Source: a bacterium (GTDB lineage: Bacteria > Patescibacteriota > Minisyncoccia > Phycocordibacterales > JAKAEA01). From it: 64,000 nucleotides of DNA. The position numbers were made by a program, and so were the translations under genes. Shown here one piece after another: positions 1-8,824 of the stretch; the stretch's first letter is position 1; the number at the start of each line of letters is the position of its first letter. The notes under the pieces were generated by a model. That model was not told the DNA's origin, searched no databases, and saw only the letters and a program-made list of their open reading frames with translations. Where the stretch lies: assembly GCA_021818465.1 (NCBI GenBank), contig JAKAEA010000001.1:235662-299661 (forward strand), given 5' to 3'.

Positions 1-594
1 CCTCTTAAGGATGAAGAACTTGCCGCGCGCGTCCAGCAGGGCGACCACGAGGCCTTCGCTGTGCTCATGAATCGATACAGCGGAAAACTCCTTCGCTACG
101 GCGCGCGGCTGCTTCCTCGTGAAGCTAATCTCGGCGATATTATTCAAGATATTTTTATTACGGTGTATCGTAATATGCAGGACTTTGACGCCACCCGTCA
201 GTTTTCGCCGTGGATATACCGCATTGCTCATAATGCATTTGTTGACGTTATTCGCCGTAAACACACAGAACCGCTGTATGTATTTGACTTTGATGCTGTG
301 ATACCACATCCTGTATATCATGATCCTGTGCCACAAGAGAAAGAAGATACTCGTACACGCGTATTACTAGAGAAGGGGCTGGAAAATCTATCGCCGGCAT
401 ATCGCGAAATCATAGATCTGTATTATTTTGAAAATTTCAGTTACCAGCAGATTGCAGACATCTTGCACGTGCCGCTTGGCACGGTTGGTATTCGTTTAGC
501 ACGGGCGCGCGCTGCACTCAAAAAATACATTCCGCATCCTGATGACGCCGATACACCGCCCGAGATGACGCGCACTCATACTCAAAATACATGA
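1..594 (+). CDS. ECF-type RNA polymerase sigma-70 factor (5' end truncated by window start)
   Basis: The reading frame is open from position 1 (LKDEELAARVQQGDHEAFAVLMNRY...), which is the canonical ECF region-2 start. A region-4 HTH is present (YQQIADILHVPLGTVGIRLARARAALKK). The TGA stop overlaps the downstream ATG. Confidence 0.85.
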   Translation, partial: PLKDEELAARVQQGDHEAFAVLMNRYSGKLLRYGARLLPREANLGDIIQDIFITVYRNMQDFDATRQFSPWIYRIAHNAFVDVIRRKHTEPLYVFDFDAVIPHPVYHDPVPQEKEDTRTRVLLEKGLENLSPAYREIIDLYYFENFSYQQIADILHVPLGTVGIRLARARAALKKYIPHPDDADTPPEMTRTHTQNT

Positions 595-1310
595 ACGAAC
601 ATAACGACAACCTCATACTCAAAAAAATTCACGATACTGTTTTGCACCAGGTCGAAACGGGCTCGCTCCGTGTTCATTCACGTCGGTTTTTTATGATTCG
701 TTTTGCCGCTACGGTTGCGGTGGCTGTACTTGCTTTTCTTTTTTCTACACTGGTGATGAGTTTTATATTTTTCAGTATTCACGAAAGTGGTGAGCAGTTT
801 TTACTTGGTTTTGGTGGCGCTGGCGTGCTCACGTTTTTAGAATTATTTCCCTGGGTGGCGTTCGTTGTGGATATCGCCCTCTTGGTACTTTTGGAATGGT
901 TGTTGCAGGGATTTAAACTTGGCTATCGCGTTTCACTCATCGTTATTTTTATCGGTATTTTTGGTGGTAGCGCCGTGCTCGGTTTTCTTATAGATCTGAC
1001 ACCGTTACATAGCACACTTTTAGGACTTGCTAATAAAGGAGAGTTGCCTATTGTCGGAGGAGTATATGAAAGTCTTCGCGATAACCATGCTGCGCAGGGT
1101 GTGTTTCGTGGTATGGTGGTGGCAGTTTCTGAACACAGTATTATCATCGCTCACGAAGACAACGATCGTGATGGTGACGATGGGGTTTGGAATGTGCAGG
1201 TGCCACTAGGTAGTGGGCCGTTCCACGTAGGTGAGCGCGTCTATGTTTTTGGTTTGCTCGCGAGCAGCACCATTGAAGCGCAAGGAATTCAACTTCTCTC
1301 ATCAAACTAG
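591..1310 (+). CDS. membrane protein, putative anti-sigma factor partner of the upstream ECF sigma
   Basis: ATGA overlap with the sigma gene. Several predicted TM helices follow a short cytoplasmic N-terminus. The anti-sigma call comes from genomic context only. Confidence 0.5.
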   Translation: MNEHNDNLILKKIHDTVLHQVETGSLRVHSRRFFMIRFAATVAVAVLAFLFSTLVMSFIFFSIHESGEQFLLGFGGAGVLTFLELFPWVAFVVDIALLVLLEWLLQGFKLGYRVSLIVIFIGIFGGSAVLGFLIDLTPLHSTLLGLANKGELPIVGGVYESLRDNHAAQGVFRGMVVAVSEHSIIIAHEDNDRDGDDGVWNVQVPLGSGPFHVGERVYVFGLLASSTIEAQGIQLLSSN

Positions 1311-1412
1311 TTGTAATAAAAAAAGAAAATAAAAATAAAGTGAAATAAACATGCGTACTGTGCGTACTATAGACGTGTAAGCTTATTTATCTGTAACATC
1401 ACGTTTATTGTT

Positions 1413-1907
1413 ATGAAAAAATATGTTGTTTCAAGTATCGTTGTAGGAGCGATTGTTCTCTACATTCTGTATCAGCACGTGCAAGGACCGAGTGCTATCG
1501 CATTGGCACCAAGCACGCCTGCATCGTCATCATCTAAAAGCACAGCAGCTGCTTCTGGTTCGCAAACAGCGCCATCGCAGAGTTCTTCGTCTCAGACAAC
1601 ACCTAGTGCGCCGACAAGTTTGTATAAAAATGGTACGTATACTGGCGTAACGGCTAATGCTTTCTACGGGCCGATGCAGGTTGCTGCGGTGATACGTGGT
1701 GGTCAACTCGCCAGTGTTAAGGTGTTGCAATATCCACAGAGCCATAGTTATTCACAAATGGTTAATGGGGAAGCCTTGCCCTATTTAAAATCGGAAGCAG
1801 TGCAAGCGCAAAACGCCAACATTAACATTGTTTCGGGGGCGACAGCATCAAGTCAAGCGTTCATGCAATCGCTTTCTTCGGCTCTCTCGCAGGCGACCAA
1901 TGGCTAA
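1413..1907 (+). CDS. secreted FMN-binding domain protein (flavinylation substrate)
   Basis: N-terminal TM/signal, a Ser/Thr/Ala/Pro-rich linker, then an FMN_bind-like domain with a VSGATASS motif that matches the [S/T]GA[S/T] flavinylation site. It lies directly upstream of ApbE. Confidence 0.7.
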   Translation: MKKYVVSSIVVGAIVLYILYQHVQGPSAIALAPSTPASSSSKSTAAASGSQTAPSQSSSSQTTPSAPTSLYKNGTYTGVTANAFYGPMQVAAVIRGGQLASVKVLQYPQSHSYSQMVNGEALPYLKSEAVQAQNANINIVSGATASSQAFMQSLSSALSQATNG

Positions 1908-1913
1908 TACGGT

Positions 1914-2669
1914 ATGAAGCAAACACGAATGCTTATGGGCATGCCTATTACTGTTGAAATCGTGGATGCTATCGCCACCTCAACAGATATAGACAACGTA
2001 TTCGACTACTTCACCTACGTTGATATGAAATTCAGCACGTATAAACCAGAAAGTGAAATCAGTCGTATCAATAGGGGTGAAATAGCCGCGGCGGATTACA
2101 GTGCTGATATGCGCGAGGTGTTCGCACTTTCTGAAGAAACGAAACGTGCCACAAACGGTTACTTTGACATTCGCACCGCTGCTGGTCCTATTGATCCTTC
2201 GGGGCTGGTGAAGGGCTGGGCCATCTATAATGCTGCAAAAATTTTAGAACGTGAAGGTTTTCAAAATTTTTACGTTGAAGCGGGTGGTGATATTCAGGTG
2301 CGTGGCACTACTGCCCAAGGTCAGACTTGGCGTGTTGGTTTACGAAGCCCATTTGAACACGAAAAGATTGTTAAAGTAGTGGCGTTAACTAATGCGGGTA
2401 TTGCGACAAGTGGTACCTACTTGCGTGGTCAGCACATTTACGATCCACACTGCCCCGATGCACCGTTGACCGATGTGGTGAGCCTCAGTGTCATTGGTCC
2501 GAATGTCTATGAGGCAGATCGTTTTGCTACTGCCGCCTTTGCTATGGGTCGGCAGGGTATTGCCTATATTGAACATCTGCATGGTTTTGAGGGATATCAA
2601 ATTGACCACGCTGGTATCGCTACCATGACGAGCGGTTTTGAAAAGTATGTTATTAATTCCACCACATAA
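1914..2669 (+). CDS. apbE: ApbE-family FAD:protein FMN transferase
   Basis: Conserved ApbE blocks (GYFDI, GLVKGWA, EAGGDIQVRG, GIATSGTY). Adjacent to the FMN-binding substrate gene. Confidence 0.8.
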   Translation: MKQTRMLMGMPITVEIVDAIATSTDIDNVFDYFTYVDMKFSTYKPESEISRINRGEIAAADYSADMREVFALSEETKRATNGYFDIRTAAGPIDPSGLVKGWAIYNAAKILEREGFQNFYVEAGGDIQVRGTTAQGQTWRVGLRSPFEHEKIVKVVALTNAGIATSGTYLRGQHIYDPHCPDAPLTDVVSLSVIGPNVYEADRFATAAFAMGRQGIAYIEHLHGFEGYQIDHAGIATMTSGFEKYVINSTT

Positions 2670-2672
2670 ATT

Positions 2673-4211
2673 ATGAATACTCTGCGTACGTATATTGACA
2701 ATATGTTAAATAACATCACGATGTATAAACTCGTGTTGTATGTGCTTATTGGTTTGGTTGCGGTGACGGTACTCCTCGGTATAGTCGGTCTCACGCCATA
2801 TAATCCCATCGCCATAATTTTTTCAGTACTCTTTTTTACTGCTCTGTGTTTAGCTGGAAATGCGCTTTTTGCCTGGGCATTTAGCGTTCCAGCCAATACT
2901 GAATCGGTGTATATCACCGCTCTTATTTTGGCGCTTATTATTTCACCGCCACGCTCGCCAAGCGACAGTTTTTATTTTCCTTTAGCCATTGTTGCTTCGG
3001 TTGTTGCCATGGCTTCAAAATATATTTTTGCAATCAAGCGTAAGCACGTGTTTAACCCAGCCGCGCTCGCGGTGGTGGTTACTGGTTTTACCTTGGGGTT
3101 GCCAGCAAGTTGGTGGGTTGGCACCAAATGGACACTGCCATTCGTTATTGTTGGTGGACTTCTTATTACGAGAAAAATTCGTCGTTTCGATCTCGTACTA
3201 GCGTTCGGTGTTGTAGCTGCGGTAACTATGGCTGCAGCGACATTGAGCAGTCCGTTTGCTATTGTGTACAACTGGGGTGTGGCAATTGTTGATTCACCGA
3301 TTATTTTCTTTGCGACGGTGATGCTCACGGAGCCGTTGACGACACCGCCGACGCGGTGGCTACGGATTATCTACGGTGGTGTTGTGGGGTTTTTGTTTGC
3401 GCCAGCTATCCATATCGGATCGCTCTATACCTCTCCGGAGTTGGCGCTGGTGGCGGGGAACGTGTTTTCGTATCTCGTGAGTCCGAAGGATCGACTCATT
3501 CTGGAGTTGAAAAAAATTCAAAAGGTTGCCAATGACACCTATCATTTTGTTTTCAATACTCCGAAGCCGTTGGCGTTTGTGCCAGGGCAGTATCTTGAGT
3601 GGACGCTTACTCCTAAGGGGGCAGACAGTCGTGGTAATCGGCGCTATTTTACTATCGCGTCATCGCCAACAGAGCGTGAGCTTATGATGGGAGTGAAGTT
3701 TTATCCGAAGCCAAGTAGTTTCAAAAAACAATTAGCAACGATGCGTCCGCGTGACACTATTATTGCATCGCAGCGTGCTGGCGATTTTGTGTTGCCGCAC
3801 AATAAAAGAAAAAAACTTGTGTTTATCGCCGGCGGTATCGGTATCACGCCCTTTCGTAGCATGCTCAAGTTTCTCATTGATCGCGATGAGACTCGCGATA
3901 TCGTCGTCCTTTATTCTAATAAAACCATCGCTGATGTTGCGTACACCGACGTTTTGGAAACTGCACGAGAAAATCTTGGTGTTAGGACGGTGTACACGCT
4001 TACTGACGAGGCGTCTATTCCATCGACGTGGCGCGGACGGCGCGGTTTCATTGATCGAACGACGATTGTTGAAGAGGTGCCAGATTTTACAGAACGAATG
4101 TTCTATATTTCTGGTCCGCAAACGATGGTCGATCATTTTGACGAGGTGTTGCGTGATCTGGGAGTACCACGTCGACACATTAAAAAAGACTTTTTTCCAG
4201 GGTTTGCATAA
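2673..4211 (+). CDS. polytopic membrane oxidoreductase with C-terminal ferredoxin-NADP reductase-like FAD/NAD(P)-binding module
   Basis: About 8 TM helices in the N-terminal ~300 aa. The C-terminal part has an RRYFTIASSP (RxYS FAD-binding) motif and a GGIGITPFRSML (NAD(P) binding) motif. The membrane domain lacks the four His of bis-heme ferric-reductase domains. Confidence 0.7.
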   Translation: MNTLRTYIDNMLNNITMYKLVLYVLIGLVAVTVLLGIVGLTPYNPIAIIFSVLFFTALCLAGNALFAWAFSVPANTESVYITALILALIISPPRSPSDSFYFPLAIVASVVAMASKYIFAIKRKHVFNPAALAVVVTGFTLGLPASWWVGTKWTLPFVIVGGLLITRKIRRFDLVLAFGVVAAVTMAAATLSSPFAIVYNWGVAIVDSPIIFFATVMLTEPLTTPPTRWLRIIYGGVVGFLFAPAIHIGSLYTSPELALVAGNVFSYLVSPKDRLILELKKIQKVANDTYHFVFNTPKPLAFVPGQYLEWTLTPKGADSRGNRRYFTIASSPTERELMMGVKFYPKPSSFKKQLATMRPRDTIIASQRAGDFVLPHNKRKKLVFIAGGIGITPFRSMLKFLIDRDETRDIVVLYSNKTIADVAYTDVLETARENLGVRTVYTLTDEASIPSTWRGRRGFIDRTTIVEEVPDFTERMFYISGPQTMVDHFDEVLRDLGVPRRHIKKDFFPGFA

Positions 4212-4355
4212 CCGTATATCCAAAGCTGTACTGTCGATAGTGTACTCACACATAGCTATCCACTATAGTGACTTAACAAGAGAACGGGACGGGACTACAA
4301 TATGTGCAGGTGGTCTTTGATGAAGGTTCCTTAATGTACACAAAGGAGGTGTTTT

Positions 4356-5033
4356 ATGAAAGGAACTATGACGAGAAAGGGTTGTAATGTGGCACGTGCG
4401 TTGTGCAAGGCAAGTGGTGCAGGTGTTATACCCGCAACGCAGGCCGAGGAAATTCTAGGACGAGGGTACATAGGTGTTGCTGCGGGATGTGCATGTAATT
4501 TTTATTTCAGTCATCATGATCGGGTGTATTTGTGTGTCGTTGCGATGACCGAAGATGAACTCCTGACATGTCAGCAAACACATATACTAGTTGCAGTACC
4601 CGCCGGATCTCTTGTGGAGCATCGACAGATTATGGACACCGTTATTCACTCAAAACAGTCGTTGCATTATCTGTACGAACACGAACATGAAGACGGTTTC
4701 CATGAGCAACAATTTGCAACGGAACGTGGTGAAGCAGAATGGTGGCTCATACGTCGTCAGTTGGTTTCCGAAAAACAAACGCTTCTTAATGGGGAATGTG
4801 CAGTGTCAGCGCGGGCAGCAGATTACAGCATCTTTATGTGTGCGCAGCTTTTGGGGGAACGTTTGTTTTGGCAATGTGAGGCTTGCTGTTGTGATCGTCT
4901 AAAGGACGGTCGACAGGTTGCTCTTGATAATTTTAATCGAACATTCCCGTTCTTTTCATATCATATTCCTAACCAGTCACAATCGAATGTAAGTGGAGTG
5001 ATCGTTGGCCGAAAACTGGAGCTGAAACTTTAA
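4356..5033 (+). CDS. hypothetical Cys-rich protein
   Basis: Strong RBS (AAGGAGG) 7 nt upstream of the ATG. 225-aa ORF with a CEACCCD cysteine cluster. No family recognised. Confidence 0.45.
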   Translation: MKGTMTRKGCNVARALCKASGAGVIPATQAEEILGRGYIGVAAGCACNFYFSHHDRVYLCVVAMTEDELLTCQQTHILVAVPAGSLVEHRQIMDTVIHSKQSLHYLYEHEHEDGFHEQQFATERGEAEWWLIRRQLVSEKQTLLNGECAVSARAADYSIFMCAQLLGERLFWQCEACCCDRLKDGRQVALDNFNRTFPFFSYHIPNQSQSNVSGVIVGRKLELKL

Positions 5034-5141
5034 AGGTAGTATGGGGCTATCAACAACGATAGCTCCTTTTTGTTTTAGTAAGAAACAGATGTACTAAAAC
5101 GTCATTACAAAAGAGGGTTTATTTATTTTTATGTTTGCTTT

Positions 5142-5648
5142 ATGCAAAGAAATACTATTGTATTGCTTATAGTAGCACTTATCGTACTGGTGGGAGCGGG
5201 TGCTTATATAACAGCAGTGTATACGAATCCTAACATGTCGGTGCCCGCTACGGAGGTAGTGTCAAAAACGCAATCGAGTACGACGCACGATACAAACGAT
5301 ACGGTGGCATCAAAAAATTCTCTTGGTGTACTCCCGTCGGAAGGGAAAGGGATATTGCGCGGCGTTGTTATGGTAGCCTCGACGTGCTCAGGGAGCGCAT
5401 CGGTGAATTCTTTATGTACTTCACGACCGTATCCCACAACAATGTATGTATATCCAGGAGCTAGTCAGGTAGCGTCTCCAACTATTATTGCCACCAATAA
5501 TGATGGAGTATTTAACTTGACTCTAGCGGCGGGTACGTATCTGGTAGAAGCGCAAAATAGCCCAAGTGGAAATCCGTCTTGTCCAACGACAACGGTGGAA
5601 ATTGCCGCAGGTGCGACAAAAAATATCACTATGACGTGTACCCAGTAG
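5142..5648 (+). CDS. hypothetical secreted protein with a Thr/Ser-rich linker and a beta-rich domain, possibly CarboxypepD_reg-like
   Basis: N-terminal TM anchor (IVLLIVALIVLVGAGAYI), a low-complexity linker, and a C-terminal domain containing Cys pairs. Confidence 0.5.
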   Translation: MQRNTIVLLIVALIVLVGAGAYITAVYTNPNMSVPATEVVSKTQSSTTHDTNDTVASKNSLGVLPSEGKGILRGVVMVASTCSGSASVNSLCTSRPYPTTMYVYPGASQVASPTIIATNNDGVFNLTLAAGTYLVEAQNSPSGNPSCPTTTVEIAAGATKNITMTCTQ

Positions 5649-5668
5649 AGGGGAAATGAATCGGCTTT

Positions 5669-7987
5669 TTATAACGCGACTTCGCAAACACCTGCAACAC
5701 AAGCAAGTTCTTTTTTGACGTCTAGTTCGTCGGTTTTTTCGTAGGTGATGATTTTAGAGTAATCGATATGTTCCAAACGTTTAGCTAATTCATTGTATTT
5801 TTTCTCGTCAATTTCTTCATAGGGAGCGAGTTGGTAAACGTGATTGTCGCGCGGTAAGAAGGAAAGGCCACCAACAATGTCCCAGTTTTTATAAATCCAA
5901 TCGGCTACAGCAATCCATTCGTCGTCGCCAACAGAAATGGTAACGGAAGGGTTGTGTTCGGTGTAGTGTGTTTTGACAAGTTTCCAGTGTTCAAGTTGAT
6001 CGATGGCGCTAATATCATTTTTGAAGAGTGAATTTTTTGGAGCTTTGACGGGAAATTCTAGTACGTAGGTGGTGGCATTTTCTGGCGATTGTCCAACTTC
6101 TGGGTGGAACGGAACACCCTGATCGCGGAGCATTTTAAAGAGAGAATCGGTGGCAGAGATGCGAACACGACGAATATAATATGGAGCATGGCGTGGGTGC
6201 ATACCGGAAGAGCAATCAACCATTTGAGACAGTGTACCGGATGGTTTGACAGAGGTGGTGCAAGTTGATGCTTTTATACCAAACCGTTTGGCATATGCAG
6301 TATTTATTTTTATTACTTCCGCTTTGAGTTTTTCTAGAACTTCTGCGTTGCGAATAGCAGGGCAATCCCACTGACCGGTAATAGATACCCCGAGTAGGGC
6401 CTCATTTTCGCAATGGCGCTGCCATTTTTTGGAAAGGTAGGGGAAATAGGTAAGGGAAGCTTGGTATGTGCCAAGGATAGCGGCGAGGCGAACTTTTTTG
6501 AGTAATGTTTTTTCGGTATCTTCGTGACGAGCCACAACCTCGGAAAGGTTACAAAATTGCATCGGTTGCAAAATAATCTCACCACACGGATTGGTACCCA
6601 TTGGGCCAATTAATTTTTCACCCGTAGCATCGAAATAACCTTCCTCTTTGAGGGCCGCGAGGCGGCGTTGCGGTAAGGTTTTAACAAGTCCACCACGATT
6701 AAAGATGCCACGTTCACCGGAACCCGATTTCATTAACGCCATCCATTCTTCCATAAATTCTGTATTAGTTGGCTTATGGGTGTATACGGCGGAGTTATTG
6801 GCTAACATACGTTGTGGCTCATTGACGTAAAAAGCACCTATTTTAGCGTCACGGATTTCTTGATCATCTAAATCAGAAAGAGAAATCATAGCACTGCGAC
6901 GCACACCACCAGCAACAACACAATCGCCAATCATGCAAATGATATCGTGAACGTCAATATTGCGCAGGCGTCGGCCTTGGCGGGCGAGCATTTTTTCGCG
7001 AGTAAAGGCGAGTAGGCGGCGTAGCGGGTCAGGGCCGGACGCTTTGCCGCCCATTGTCTTGAGGCGAGTGCCGGCAGGGCGTAATTGGGAAAAATCGAAA
7101 TCAATATCGTGACCAGATGCCCACGTCTTCATACCCAGAGCAAGTGCGTCTGACCAACCTTCTTTGCTATCGGGAATAACATGCGTCGGTAGTTTTTTGC
7201 CGGTTTGCGGTAAAATTTGTGGAAATTTTTGCACATTCTGGCTTTCTACTGACCAGCCGCAACCCGTGCCGCACATCGAGATGTACATAATTTCAGCGAG
7301 ATCTTGAAAATTTTCTGGAGCGGTGTAGGCACAGTTGTACGCGCAGACGTTAGTTTTGCGCGCGGCGGGACCAGAAAATTGCAGAAGCCGCATGGATGGC
7401 ATCGATTCTTGTTTCAAAATACCCTCACGAATTTCTTGGTATTCAGCATCGGTTAATTTTTTGCCAAGATTCTCTTGCATAAAATTTATATAGCGATCAA
7501 CCGTTTCAACCCACGTTTCGCGTCGGCCTTCTTCGGTTATCCAGCGAGAATAGGTACGATAGTAGATAAATTCACCGAGTGAATTGCGAAAATATTTTTT
7601 ACTATCCTCGGCTAATTTTTTGACTTTCGGAGGAACGTATACACCCTTTTCACGCAGTTTCGCTCGTTCTTCACGGTACAAAATATACGTTTTTGCTGTT
7701 TTTACGTATTCTGAGAGAATGAGTTCCTTTTCTACTGTGTCCTGAATACCTTCTACAGTTGGTACGAACGTTTTATATTTTTTAGTGATACGCACCGCAT
7801 CAGCGTACACTTTGTTGGCCACCATTTCCGCCTCTTTTTGAGAACCTTCACCAGCGGCGATCATTGCTTTATTGATCGCGTTTGTAATTTTTTGAATATC
7901 AAACGGAACAACTGAACCATCACGTTTCTGAATTTTTTTAACAACTGTTTCAACTGACGCGGTTTTTTTTGCGGTAGCCATAAGCAA
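5669..7987 (-). CDS. nrdJ: class II adenosylcobalamin-dependent ribonucleotide reductase with N-terminal ATP-cone
   Basis: ATP-cone at the N-terminus (VVKKIQKRDGSVVPFDIQKITNAINKA). Conserved class II blocks include CGEIILQPMQFCNLSEV and a C-terminal Cys pair. Confidence 0.85.
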   Translation of the reverse strand: MLMATAKKTASVETVVKKIQKRDGSVVPFDIQKITNAINKAMIAAGEGSQKEAEMVANKVYADAVRITKKYKTFVPTVEGIQDTVEKELILSEYVKTAKTYILYREERAKLREKGVYVPPKVKKLAEDSKKYFRNSLGEFIYYRTYSRWITEEGRRETWVETVDRYINFMQENLGKKLTDAEYQEIREGILKQESMPSMRLLQFSGPAARKTNVCAYNCAYTAPENFQDLAEIMYISMCGTGCGWSVESQNVQKFPQILPQTGKKLPTHVIPDSKEGWSDALALGMKTWASGHDIDFDFSQLRPAGTRLKTMGGKASGPDPLRRLLAFTREKMLARQGRRLRNIDVHDIICMIGDCVVAGGVRRSAMISLSDLDDQEIRDAKIGAFYVNEPQRMLANNSAVYTHKPTNTEFMEEWMALMKSGSGERGIFNRGGLVKTLPQRRLAALKEEGYFDATGEKLIGPMGTNPCGEIILQPMQFCNLSEVVARHEDTEKTLLKKVRLAAILGTYQASLTYFPYLSKKWQRHCENEALLGVSITGQWDCPAIRNAEVLEKLKAEVIKINTAYAKRFGIKASTCTTSVKPSGTLSQMVDCSSGMHPRHAPYYIRRVRISATDSLFKMLRDQGVPFHPEVGQSPENATTYVLEFPVKAPKNSLFKNDISAIDQLEHWKLVKTHYTEHNPSVTISVGDDEWIAVADWIYKNWDIVGGLSFLPRDNHVYQLAPYEEIDEKKYNELAKRLEHIDYSKIITYEKTDELDVKKELACVAGVCEVAL

Positions 7988-8179
7988 TGAGTAATTATTA
8001 ATACTTACTCAGTTTATACCAACGAGTATGGAGGTGGAAAGAGTAAAAGTGGAAAAAATCTCTACTGCAACAGCTCCAATTTCCAGTGTCAATCTGGCGG
8101 ACGTGCACTTACTGTTTTCCAATCAAATTCGGCAACCAATTCTTAATTTTTTAGAGAAAAATCAGTCGTTTTTTGTGTA

Positions 8180-8812
8180 TTAGGCGGGTACGTTTGTGGG
8201 TATTGCTCGAATTTCTTTAGTAACCATTCGGCCTTTTTCATCAACACTATATATAAGAATGGCGCCAAACGGCACCTCAAAATCTGCTATATTTTGGTCC
8301 GAAATGCTTTCTATATACTTAATAATAGAGCGTAGAGAATTGCCGTGCGCGATAACAAGCACGTTTTTACCTTCTTTAATTTTGGACAAGATAGTTTGGA
8401 GATAATACGGAACTGCTCGTTCGTACACCATTTGTAACGTCTCGCCGTGTGGAATGGGGTAATTCCAGCCGCGCCGCAATTCCTTAAATGTTTCTTTGCC
8501 CAAAAGTTTTTCCATTTCCCATTTGTTTTTTCCGGTATAGTCACCATAGTCACGTTCGTCGAGGGCAGCGTTGTGTTCAGCAGGAATTTCATCTTCATTG
8601 TTCGTGCTTAAAATACACGACAGAGTTTCCACAGCGCGCACTTGCATAGACGCAAAGGCAAAATCAATAGGAATGTCTTTAATCAGATTACCCATTTCAT
8701 TTGCTTTTTCAAAACCATAATCGGTGAGGTGGCGATCGCGTCGGCCAGTCCACTTGCCGAGTTTATTCCACTCGGATTCTTGATGACGGGCGAGTAGTAA
8801 TTTTCCATGCAT
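8180..8812 (-). CDS. gpmA: histidine phosphatase superfamily protein, cofactor-dependent phosphoglycerate mutase-like
   Basis: The N-terminus LLARHQESEWNKLGKWTGRRDRHLTDYG matches the dPGM RHGE/TGW signature. At 210 aa it is shorter than canonical GpmA. Confidence 0.65.
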   Translation of the reverse strand: MHGKLLLARHQESEWNKLGKWTGRRDRHLTDYGFEKANEMGNLIKDIPIDFAFASMQVRAVETLSCILSTNNEDEIPAEHNAALDERDYGDYTGKNKWEMEKLLGKETFKELRRGWNYPIPHGETLQMVYERAVPYYLQTILSKIKEGKNVLVIAHGNSLRSIIKYIESISDQNIADFEVPFGAILIYSVDEKGRMVTKEIRAIPTNVPA

Positions 8813-8824
8813 GGTGGTGGGTAT

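Noticed and set aside
591-594. Alternative genetic code (UGA sense, code 25/4) as seen in some CPR lineages
   Set aside because: TGA serves as a clean stop at several well-defined gene ends (e.g. sigma factor at 592-594, sortase substrate at 22554-22556) with proper downstream restarts. Standard code 11 fits.
2597-4320. Antisense and alternate-frame ORFs (2597-2917 minus, 2972-3328 minus, 3732-4253 minus, 3751-4320 plus) overlapping the membrane FNR-like gene
   Set aside because: They lie fully inside a gene with clear domain motifs, and have no RBS or recognisable domains.
7988-8180. Cobalamin riboswitch or NrdR box in the ~190-nt leader upstream of nrdJ
   Set aside because: I could not recognise the B12-box consensus or NrdR-box palindromes by eye. 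B12 riboswitches normally repress B12-independent isozymes, not NrdJ. Left as an unassigned long 5' UTR.
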